Part shown: one piece after another, positions 25,132-36,980 of the stretch
How the letters are laid out: each line of letters opens with the position of its first letter
Position numbering within the stretch: the stretch's first letter is position 1
Assembly: GCF_000150275.1 (NCBI RefSeq)
Contig: NW_002060946.1
Location: forward strand, 7,173,855-7,237,854
Source: Trichoplax adhaerens
Lineage: Eukaryota > Animalia > Placozoa
Direction: 5' to 3'
DNA length: 64,000 bases
Notes under the pieces: generated by a model
What the model was told of the DNA's origin: nothing
Seen by the model: the letters and a program-made list of their open reading frames with translations, nothing else
Databases searched by the model: none
Made by a program: the position numbers and the translations under genes

Positions 25132-27179
25132 AAATAACATTCGGATTCGGTACAGAAATCCAGAATCTACAGGATGACCCAGGAAAACTCGTAGATCGCT
25201 TGCTTAAATTACTTAGCACTAATGATGAGTAAAGACTTTCTCTATATTACTGTATTGCGACTAATTTGCGACTGAGTGGAAATTGAAAATACCGTAACGT
25301 ACTGTAATGGAATAATTTATTCCTGCCAACCGATAGCGAATCGCCTGGAGAGATTATTTCGTCATGACGCTTTTTCGGGTTGTCACCTTTCTTTTATTAC
25401 AACTACTATGAAAGTATGAATAAAGGTGAATTCTGCACATTGGCATCTTTTTATATTCACATAATTACTGTAAACTCACTAGCAGGATGGCTTTCTGGTG
25501 AATTCCCTTGTTTGAAATCAGTTGTCGATGAAAGCTAATAATTATACGTAATTGATGAGTAATTTTGAACTATGCTACAGAATACGATGTAGACTTCTGC
25601 AGTACAATATGTTACGTACTATGCTATTGTAACCAATCAATGTTTAGCTAACGTTTGTTTAGAAGCGATTTCTAAACGGAAAGTATGTACAGTACTGCAG
25701 AAGAGCACTGCCAGAGTTATGATCGAGATAGTAGCAGACCTCACTCGAGTTAATATGGTTCAAGTCCTTAAAACTTAGGAAATGAGAGATAAATCCAGAT
25801 CAATTTACCTAGTTATATCATTCAAGATGAAAATTTGAAAGTTTTTATACGTGTATACGTGCATATATATACTGCACAATATTTTGTAGTAATATACGTG
25901 CATACTGAATGCTAATAATAAGAAGAATAAAATAGAATTATACTAAAATTGCAGAAACACATCAAGCGCATGACGTATTCGTATCATTTTTCTTCTGAGT
26001 ATAATAATGAGTATTAGTTTAATTTTGGACTACGTATTGTAGCACTGCTCTTTAATTACATTACAGTACAACATAACAACGCTTTGGAACTAGACAAATA
26101 TTGTACTGTAGGTACTTTATTCGATGAAATAGTACAATTATAATGTAGGCCTCTTGAGTCATGACCTGTATAGTGCAAAAAATTAAAATCACATGCTTTG
26201 TAGTGTAGTCATGCACTGTATAATATATCGATATTTTTGTTGATATCCACCGTATAGAACATTCAACATTTTAATATCGTTAAGTACAGCACTGTATCAC
26301 ACGTTTTCTCGGTCTTTCGGTATCAGTTCAACAATAAGATAAGATAAATTGTTCCCATCGATAAATGCTGATCCATTTCTAATCTTAGCTATTTATCGCA
26401 TTCTGGATGATTCCGAGTATATATACTGTAGGTTACAAAACAAAACTTACAGTATTGTTGTTATTAAGCGTAATATTAATTTACTTGCCCATAGTTTTTA
26501 AAGAAGGTGGTCAAAGATAATGAAGACTATGCCTAGGTTTTGTGATTGAGTTGGAAGGAAACTGAAATTAATTATTTACTCTATGAACAAAACAAAAATA
26601 ATAATGCCGTGATATCGATGAGATACTAATCCATTTTTTCATCGCTTTTTATTCAATATTTTTTAATTTTCTTCCATCGTTACGCTTTTTATAACTTGCA
26701 CAACGGGGGCATTTGCGAAATTTGATGTAAAATAATTAGACACATAATGACGATATTGGCGACAATATCCTAAGAACCACTAAGTGATATTTAGATTATA
26801 GATACCTTAAACATGATCATTGAGTTAAGACTCCTGCGTATACGCAGTTAGAGAGACAAACAATTTCGGTTTCCCATTCGAACGATTTTTATAGTGTACA
26901 TAAATAAAATTTCGTATTAGAAATTGTTATTACTAAAACACTTTGAAATTGTACAGCATTGCAAATGTATGCTAATAATTTTTGTAACAACATAGCATCA
27001 TAATTTATAAGGTTGAACTTAATAGAATGTGTTACGTGTGTAATGCCACTACAGTAAACGTTTTCGACCAAATTTGAAATAAAAACTAATCAATATTTTT
27101 TATGATTTTTATTTTTCAAGGCTGCAAATTACACGAACAAAATTAATTTTATCTACTGATTGTACTGGTAATATTGGGA

Positions 27180-30100
27180 ATGAGTCGTAGTCAAGGGCAT
27201 TTACTGCATCATCGTCATGGTGGCGGATATCGTATATTTTCGTCAACCTCGGATAGGATAGAACCTCAATGTGATACAGCTAGAGCAAATGGGTCATCAC
27301 ATGAGAATAGTATTTCTACTGTCAATGGCCAAGATGGTCACATAAAAGATGAAGTAAATAAAGCTGGAAGGTAAACGAATAGTTACTGCTCATTGACTTA
27401 AAACAGGTCTGGTTTCTAGGCAAAGAATAGACTAGAATCATAGGATCATCCCTGATTATAATTTAGTTAATGTTCGTAACGTAACTGTATAATAAAAATC
27501 GTGCCTAATTGTAACAAAAGAATATAGAAAAAATTAAGAGATTATGTCGTAGACCGCTCTTAGTTGTCATTGAAGTGCAGTACAAATCAGTCCATTATAT
27601 ACTGTACTAAGCAGTATAAAGTAAATTTTTCACATTTAAAACGAATTATGATTTTTACAAGATGTTTAATTATATCATTCTAAATATGTAGTATTTTAAA
27701 CTTTTATTTGTATTTTTTGATATTCGGCTGTAATAGTAGAAATCTTCCTAGCTCAAGGCCAACAACAATACAACATCAGATACATCCCGATCATCAAATT
27801 ACTAGTAATACTGACGATACAATTGCAAATGGTAACTGCAAAGAGCACCAGGCTAACTTTACACAGGAGCGAGCGCCATTTTATGATTCTGAAAACAAAG
27901 GTAGATCAGGCAGTAAGAATCAATTGGCGTTACCGCGAGAACTATATAAAGCAGAAAGTATTTCGCCTACACGTAGTATAACACCTGGGGGTGATTCAGG
28001 CATTGAAAAGACGCCTACAATTGCGTCACCTAAACGTGTTAGATATTCGCCATCACCGTTGGCCGATAGAATGCCACAATCTAAATCGATACAACTTTCA
28101 CAGCGAGGTAATAAACGACATCAACGCTGCTTCAGTGAAAAAACTAGCTATAATAATACTTTAACTTCAAGTTTGAAGAAAAGTAGAGTCATATCACCAT
28201 CTTCATCGTTACGCCGTGATAATGCCTTAAGTGGACAAAAGGTGCTTGCTCGACGTGATCGTTATTACTACATGGCTACCGTAAAAGAAAGTTACAGCGA
28301 CCGTATTGGAATGAAAGAGGTCGTAACAGTGATATTTGATCATAATCAGTTAGAAACTACTTTTCTCGATCCTTGGAAAGGGAAAAAAATTGATTTAATA
28401 TCAAGCTCAGTGCCTTCTGTTGATTTTGTTAATGTCGATAGCCGTGTCTGTATTCAGCCAATTGAAGGTAGTGTTACCTACTGTATTGGTACAGTAACAA
28501 GTATCAAAGGAAATTCATATGAAGTTGTCCTAGATGATGTAGGTGAAACTTTAAGTAATGGCTGCCGGGTTAAAACTGTTTGGAAGAAATGTTCTGATTT
28601 ACGTCTATTACGTCGACCTGGCGATATTGCTGCTGCAACTCATTATCAACGATCTATAACAAAACGAGATAGTGGCAGCTATGATGATGATGATGATGAT
28701 ACTTTCGACAGTGATGAAAATAACGGAATGGATGAAGATGACAACAACAACGATGATGATGAGCAAACTGATAGCGCCCCATCTGAGGATGAGTTGAAAG
28801 AATGGCAGTGTTATAGTGTCCAAGGTAATGAACAAATTAGACCGCATTCTGTAATACCTGGCTCTGAAGATCGCTGTGTTATTACGCCAAGTCCTACTCA
28901 TACTAATGATGATGCTGATTTGAGTGGCAGTAATGGAAGCATTACTGGTGGCAGTCGGCTGAATAAGCGAGCTCAATCTACTGGTGGGGTCCAATATAAA
29001 AAAGGGGATGTCGTCATTACGCCTATGGGTGTCAGAAAAAAATTCAATGGCAAGCAATGGCGACGACTATGTTCGAAAGAAGGTTGCTATAAAGAATCGC
29101 AACGTCGTGGTTATTGTTCAAGGCACTTGACGCAGCATGGTGATAGCATTAAAGGTGCATCAAAGAAAGATCTTTTTAGTGATTCTACTCAACGTCCTTC
29201 ATCAGCTAACGATGGCAATTCGATTACTGATGCAAGCAGTACTGGCGATCGGGCAGCTAGTGATGATGATTTTAGCGAAATGAACGATACCGAAGCTGCT
29301 AGTTTGTTATTATCATTAAGTAATTCTCGTTGTACAACACCTTTTGAATCACCGCTATCGTCGGCTAAATCGACATCTCATTTTCCTTTTCCACCTTCAA
29401 GTGTAAGCCCAAATACATCTGTCACCCCATTCTCAAACACTTGGCAGAATATTGTGAAAAAAAATAATAAACAAATAATACCAGTGGTCATAATACCAAT
29501 TCTGGAAACTCAGCTAGTAACAACTCTAATAGCATTAATTATGATAGAAATAACAGTACATCAAGACCATCATCTGCTGTTGAATTATTAACACCGCCAC
29601 CCTCAGCTGGTCAACGAATTACATTATCCGCTCCAACAACACCGATAGCTACAATTAATTCTAGCAAAAGTGAATTAAGCAATTCATCGTTGCTAAATCA
29701 AAATCGCCATGAAAAGAGACAATTTTATCGACCCGTAAATCAATCGCCCCTTCCCGATCATCAAGATAATATCAAAGATCATCAAGTTGTTTATAAAGTT
29801 AATTACAATTCGAACGCATCCTCTCCGCGTGGTAAAAAGAGGAAATGTGATGAAGATGGGAAGAATGTAATAACCAATTCACGACATGGCACTCCATCAA
29901 CGGTATCCGCAAGCCAATCCATAAATAAAGATGTTAATTATATTCGCATTGGGCGATATTCTAGTAATCCTCAGGAACATTCGGAAGAGCATATTTCACA
30001 ATCTAATACTGTAAATTTTCGTCAATTCTGCAATAAGGAACATCCGAAAACTACTCAACAATCTATAGCTGTGGTGGATAGTAAACTTACTAATGATACT

Positions 30101-33100
30101 CAAACTAGTTTACCTACTGTGGAAGACTCTTCGAAAGAACATAGGATAAGTGTTAGGTATACCGAATTGAATGTGTTAGTTTTAGTGATAGTTTATCGAA
30201 CTCCGATGGCGTTTTTCTATAAGAATGAAATCGGATTTAGTTGAATTTGCTTATGAGATATACTGTTATAATATAATATAGATACTGTAATTTGTTCGTT
30301 ATGGGTATTGCAGAATTATTTTAGTAATTGGTATTTGCTATGAAAATTAAAATGGACTACAACCGTTGTTTGCAAAAATTCACATTTTAGTCATAATCCA
30401 CCTGAAAGATCCATGAAAGCAACTACTGAGTCTTCTGTTAGCACTGACCATGGAAATAATTACTCACGTAATGTAGTACCCACTTCTTATGACAAGGAAG
30501 GTAAATTTTTGGCTACAAACATTTTTAGTGTGTGATTATATTTAAAACGATAATATGTTTTGTGTTGTCGTAATAATAGTAAAAACATCTATTATAAGAA
30601 ATAGTTTATATTTTAAGCTTTATGCTATTCTATTCGCCAATTAGTTTTGTATTAGTTTACTGATGCACGCGTATAAGAATGCTTTACGCATAGACTATGA
30701 TGTTGTAATGTCAACTATAGGAGTTAAACGTTACTGCTTTTGCCTTTTATTACACTTATATTCGGTTTCGTTCCAGGTACTGCTTCGAAAGATGTCATAG
30801 CTACTTTAAAGAACCTCTTAACAAGGCCATCCAGAAATTCATTATCTCGCAAAAAGGTAAAAGTGCAGAACTTACTCATTATCACTAATATTAGGGATTA
30901 TACTGTACATACCGTAATTTGTAATATTGAATTTTTACTATTGTTAAAAGAATTCTGACGTTGATTTCAATGGTCAAGTTAAAGTTGGTAAGTAGAGTAC
31001 TTACTAAAATACCTATAATATCCAGGACGCAATAGTAACCGTTATGATTTTCTTGTTGTAATAATTTGTTACTGTATTTTACGTATTACACCGAATTGAC
31101 TTCTTTTCACCCTTTTATATCATCATAGCTCCAAAGCAGCTTCATATTCAGCACCATGGTTTACATCATGATAAAGAATCAGCATTTACAAAATTAGGAC
31201 AAATAAGCACCGATAACATTCCTTCGAAGAATTCATCGTCTGTCACTCGTCAGCCTTCAAAAGTAGTTAACGAACCGACACCTGAGGTCAGTAATTTTGT
31301 TATACTAAAATTAATAGGAATGTAAACGACGATTTCGAACATCTCTGATATTATTACGATCACATAATATATCCGTTGACAACTATTTTAATAGAATGGT
31401 AAGAATAGCAATAACCATGGCGATAATGTATCACGCACGGTGGAAACTCAGACATGCGATGAAGACTTTACTTTATCCTGTAAAAGTCAAGATGTTGCCA
31501 AAATTCGTGAAATTTCCGAGCATCATAGCGAAGAAAAAACTCATAAAGAATTATTTGAAATTGACTTGAAATGTTCCGAACATGAAGATGACGACGAAGA
31601 TGACGAAGTCGGTGATATTATGGAAGGCAAAACTAACAATCATCGCTCAGCGATGCAATCTGAGTTCATTCCCATAAATGTTTGTCGTGATGATAACGAA
31701 AATCGCAGTAGCAATGCGGTTTCTGTTGCTGCTATAGCGGTACGCCCAAAAGTGGCTGAAAAAACGATTTCAAGCGAAGAGCATCATACTGTTATATCAC
31801 AAATGCAAACGCCTACGTCATCACAACAAGCCAATAGCGATATATCTAAAGCTAATTCTAAATCTCCTTCTTGCGAAACTAAAGATGCTTCACGTAGCAA
31901 AGAAGGAAAGTCCAGTGCATCTAATTCCAGTTCTGGTTAAGTTTTAAATTATATCAACAAATTGAGTTCTTTCTATCTTTAAGATGAGTCATATGATAAC
32001 GATATTTCCTTTCTAATCTTATTAGATATAAGACCTAAAGTTGCTACGGCACCAACTAACCCGGAGCAAGGAAGTGCATTATCAGCATATTCTTACTTCT
32101 ATAATGGCCAGCCAGTTGTGAATCCGTCTTGTCAGAATAAATTGATAGATTGTAGAATACCAGGGGGTAATTTAGCCACTATTATGCCATCATGCAATCA
32201 AGTTGGTCATGGTTGGGAAAATAGTGCTATACCTAGTGTAATGCTAGGCCAGCAATTTCCGTTCGCTAATGCAGAGTTTCTGAAACACGTACGCAATCTT
32301 TAGTCTAATCTTTACATATTTATAATCTATTGAATAATACCGTAAGATCGTACTTATATACCCTGTGATGTTATTTTAAAGATATCTTACTAATTGCTTC
32401 GATACTTCCTCAGGCGACTCTCCCTGTCCACTTACCTGTCAACCAACAGCTATGTCAACTTCCTGGCTATGTGTTGCCAACTTTTACGGGTAGCACACCA
32501 TATTTGGCATCGATGGATGCTGATAAATTGGACTATAGTAAATTATTAAAGGCTTCTGATGGTCAATATACTCTGGTAGATTGATAACTGTATAGTTATA
32601 ACGACTTTCTTATCGATTTATAATAATGTTTGACTTTATCACAGTGTAACATTTAGTACACTAGTTACATCAATACGGTACGTTTTTATTATTAACATTT
32701 TAATTTCTTTGAATGTTTTACATTTAGAATCTGCAGCCAAACGGTTTAGTTGCAACAACACCAACCGTAAGCAGTCCAGATTGTAATACTTACAATCGCC
32801 TTTATAGAGCCCCGTCATGTTATTCCTCAGGTGTCAGAGAATCTCCAGACGCAAATATATGGCCTGGGGACAGGATTTCACAAAATCGTTCATCTCGAAG
32901 TTCTAATCAAGGTAATGAAGCTGAATGTATTAATATAATATGCAAAATATACCTAATTATAATTATCATTCGTTTACGAAAAAATTTAGATTTGATAAAT
33001 TGTTGATTTGGTTAAGCTCTAACGTAAATTTTGATACTTTTAGATGAGAAAGTAGGTCATCGAAAGACGGAAAAAAGTAGGAGCATCCCAGAATCTAAAA

Positions 33101-33108
33101 GTCGTTGA
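27180..33108 (+). CDS. CIC: Capicua-like protein (CIC-L N-terminal modules; no HMG-box or C1), 11 coding exons, about 1400 aa, with one internal frame discontinuity near 29470
   Basis: Exons: 27180-27370, 27737/27740-30156, 30391-30500, 30777-30856, 30951-30987, 31129-31286, 31395-31935, 32026-32288, 32414-32575, 32728-32911, 33044-33108 (TGA). Phases are consistent. Tudor-like region ([19 protein letters not shown]...[14 protein letters not shown]), N1 motif [63 protein letters not shown] and IDLKC are all CIC signatures. Confidence 0.85.
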
Positions 33109-34957
33109 AATTTTTACTTACAAGTAATCATGCCGTAATACATTAATTAAATAAATTATATCTGCAGCATCGTTGAAGCTAATAAAAAAGTATTGTAGTA
33201 AGTTATAAATATGTATGCTCGATGGTAGGTTTCTACTATAATACGTCTCATCTAGAGATAATTTTGAATATGTAGATTATGCTTGTTATATTGTACCGCT
33301 CTTATATGTGACATACAAGTATATGTGGTATATCTGTAGTGGACATGTCAACAACTTGATTGTGTATATGAACTCTTAAAGCGATAACATTTGCCGTCTA
33401 TATATGTTACAGTAAAACTGTTATTTATAAGTATATCTCTCTCTATATATAGCAGTATGACAATGCATATATATATAAATACCTACATATAACTATAGCG
33501 TGTGTACGTTTATGGTACACGTAGCTCCGAAGATTGTGATATTATAACAATAATAATTTATACTGTTAGAACAGAAATGTAATTTCCTCTCCATAAAAAT
33601 TATTATTGACTGTATTTTGTAGAATAATAAGTTTGATATATATGGAAATAAGATCACTTTTTATTGGCCATCTTAAATTAATGTTGCCTTTTTTGTTTAT
33701 TAATACCTCTGTCTGCTTTTAGTACATAAACGTGGTCTATTGAATTGTCGATCGGATTACGTTTTACTTTGTAACGAGATATTACTGAAATCGTGATATT
33801 TCTTATTCTTTGGGCTACCAAGGTCTAAAGCTTGTTGTGGTCTTATCTCTACAAATTAATAATAGAATTATATACTATATGTTTGTCGGGATGTTTTACA
33901 TCTGCTCTTTTTAGCGATGTAGTGATTATGTTAACTATTGCAACATATGCAGTTGCTATCTGAACTATTAATTATACTTCATTTTAATGTCATCATTATT
34001 AATTATTATCTGTACGCGAAAAAATATTTAATTTACGTTTATGATAGACAATTATGTACAAAAATAATAGCTAACAAATTTATAGTGGTTCTTGCCTAAA
34101 TGCATAAAGGTTTAGAACTTGAAAAAGCTGGAGAGAAAGGAAATAAATATCGCGCAAGATGTGACTAAGTTGTGAACTTGGGTTACTGTTTTGATAGTAG
34201 ATTAGAATTATGAAATAGAATGGGTTCCCTTAAAGGTTTCGTAATACAATCGTTTAGTTCCCATAATAAATGATGGGCGTTATAACTCACGCCAAAGATG
34301 GTCTTGCAGTATTGCCTATGATAAAATTCAACTTCTTGGCAACTTTATGCTAAGAATATAGTTATTACTGTAGTATTTTCAGTAGCAGCGATATGTAAAT
34401 GTAGGAGTCGTATTTTTCTTATTTATTAGAATTACCGTTTGCATCATCAATGCTATCGAGTAGTTTTTACATAGTTTTTAGCATAAACGCTTATCATAAC
34501 GTGATCTCATTAGCAGATTAAAATAAAACTACGCAAATTTTAACTTTAATTAACATCAGTTATCCATAGATGCGAATTAGTAAATTCATCTAGATATTTT
34601 GCTATAACAGAATTCAGTTCACACGCAGCTGTTTACAATTTAGTACCAGAAAAGTATGAGGTGCAATGTGATCATAAATTTAAACTTGATTGTTGGTAAA
34701 TGCCAAATACCAATTCATATATTTTCCTTTAATTTACGTAATTACATGAGCTCCGATTTAAATTAAAGAAAAATGATAGTTCTTTAGCCGCAATACATAC
34801 CATACAACACAACATTTGAGTATCTACACTGTACAAAAATTTCGGCACTATATTCAAACAATGCAAGTTTGTTTAACTTGAAGCTCATGTTGCGAAAATG
34901 AATTTAATGTCATCATAATAATTCTCATTTCTTTGCGTTTGTAAAACTGATCCTTGG

Positions 34958-36852
34958 TTATACCGTTGACTTCTCTTGATTTATTGGCAAGCGAGTTAGC
35001 AAATCTTCTGATGTAACGATAGGCGGATTGATCTTTAAAGCTTTATGGGAAACGTACGGCTTTAGCTATATTAAAGGAATCAATGACAACATTAAGTTAA
35101 TAATGAAAAATGGAGCGTTTTAGCATTGTCGTTATAAAGTTGAGACATGAATAATGTTATGTTGCACACAGCTGCAAATTATGTGGTTCACAGTGAATTC
35201 GTTTGCGATTGTAAGTAATGTTTCATTAGAGATATTAATTTACGAATCAATAACTATCAAGTTCAGAAAGGAAATATAAGCGTTGTTATTTGTATGCAAT
35301 GCATTTAAATTATCTGTAAAAGTCATCTACTGTACAGTGATGTAAAAATTTTAAACGATTTAGTAATTCTCGGAGCATCGTTACACAATTATAACTGTAA
35401 TTTTTTATTACATCGTGCAATTAATTTAAAACTTTGGATGATTATACATAAGTACTACTAATTCGAATTTCATATCGTGTAACTAGAGTGACAAAATGAG
35501 TTTTTAAGATTATGAGGAATTGACATGTTCAATTGTGTTAAATATGTTAAATGTGCAATTTCGCTGGTATGACATATCGTAGTCGGAATCTTTGGATTAT
35601 TGAGGAATGTCAAAGAGCATGGAGATCAGAACATGAATAGGATAGGTTGCAGTCAAAGTTTACGTACTAAGGTAGATAAATACTTTATAAATGTTAATAC
35701 CAACCTCAAAGTCGGTCAAATCAGGCACCATTAATTCCGGAATCTTATGTGGTTGCACTACAAATCCACCTACAAACAAACGTGTACGTATATTACCTTA
35801 AGTAGTGAAAATGATACTGTATATAAGCCATTAAGCTATACTATCATTATCGACTTGATCGAAGTTGCTCCTGTATATATACTAACAGATTATCAACCCA
35901 CTATAACTTTTACAGACTTGAAGAAAATGATGATAGCAACGGCTTGATTACCGTATGCAGTGGGTAATAAATTGAGTATCATTTCTAACCTCTTTTTGTC
36001 TTTGTCCCGCTGGACTTAGCCCCTCTTCCTATTAGTTTAAAGTTAAATGACGTTATTTATGGCCTAGATCTATACATCATATATATATTTTACTTAGTAA
36101 CAGGCTATAAAAATAATAAATTAGTAACAAAACAAGACTTTAAAATGTAAGTCAGACGTAAAGTAACGTGGGCCTAGGCTACGTTGATTGCTTTCCTAGA
36201 CGAAGACTCTATGAGCTATTCAATCGCGTTTACAGTACCATGCGAAAACGACGGATAATGTGGTCAATACTATAAACTTAATACCATAGTAAAGTTACAA
36301 CCTTATAACAATCAGAAGCACATTTATCGTATCCAAATTATGGAAAGTAGATTATCCAAAAGCAATATGAACTAATTCTTGTAATAAATCGATTAGGATT
36401 TTATCGCAAGCTCTCACAACGATGACTATCCATGACAATCAATCTAATCAGCTGCAATGGAGTCCATCCATGCTAAGATATTTCTATCGTTGCCAACACA
36501 TCTCATCCGTCGTTATCGCTATCATCGAAGTGTACAGTATAACCATTCTATGATACATTTGCGACTCAATAAAGTGGTTTAGCAGTAATTGTCCTATAAC
36601 ACAAATTTAATTTCTACTGTAAATTCGACTAAACTGCGAACTGGAGCAAAGTCGTATGGCACTCTTATCCGACTTCATACTTCATTTGCCTTTGATTTTG
36701 CCATTATGTAAGAAATTAAGCCTGTAGAAACGCCACTTCCATCACAATAAAAGCACAATACCTTTATAGAAGTTTTTATTGCCACGCTTGGAAGTCATGC
36801 CTCTCTCGGCACCACGCAGGAATCCGCGTACAACAGCCTGTAAGATCGACAT
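34958..36852 (-). CDS. MRPL41: Mitochondrial ribosomal protein mL41 (MRPL41), 4 exons, about 100 aa
   Basis: Exons: 36852-36762, 36028-35990, 35769-35705, 35065-34958. Translation: MSILQAVVRGFLRGAERGMTSKRGNKNFYKGRGAKSSGTKTKRGGFVVQPHKIPELMVPDLTDFELKPYVSHKALKINPPIVTSEDLLTRLPINQEKSTV*. Carries the family motifs TSKRG, KGRGAK and VPDLT-F-LKPYVS. Confidence 0.93.
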
Positions 36853-36884
36853 TTTGAATCCTGTTGGCGAAAGAGAAGCGTCTG

Positions 36885-36980
36885 GCATACAGTGTACAGT
36901 AGGCCTTGCACAGTCTTTAGTACAGTTTGTATTGTACAGTACCGTAATGTGTACTGTGTACTGTACATTGTACTGTACAA
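36885..36980. repeat. TACAG/CTGTA array immediately upstream of MRPL41
   Basis: An isolated cluster in otherwise repeat-poor DNA, about 35-130 bp from the MRPL41 ATG at 36852. Confidence 0.85.

Noticed and set aside
28608-29057. 149-aa minus-strand ORF
   Set aside because: Antisense shadow of the CIC exon. Its Ile/Val runs come from GAT/AAC codon repeats on the sense strand.
29457-29464. A-run as a programmed -1 ribosomal frameshift site in CIC
   Set aside because: The -1 frame has TAA at 29465 and 29468, so slippage here would terminate rather than join the frames.
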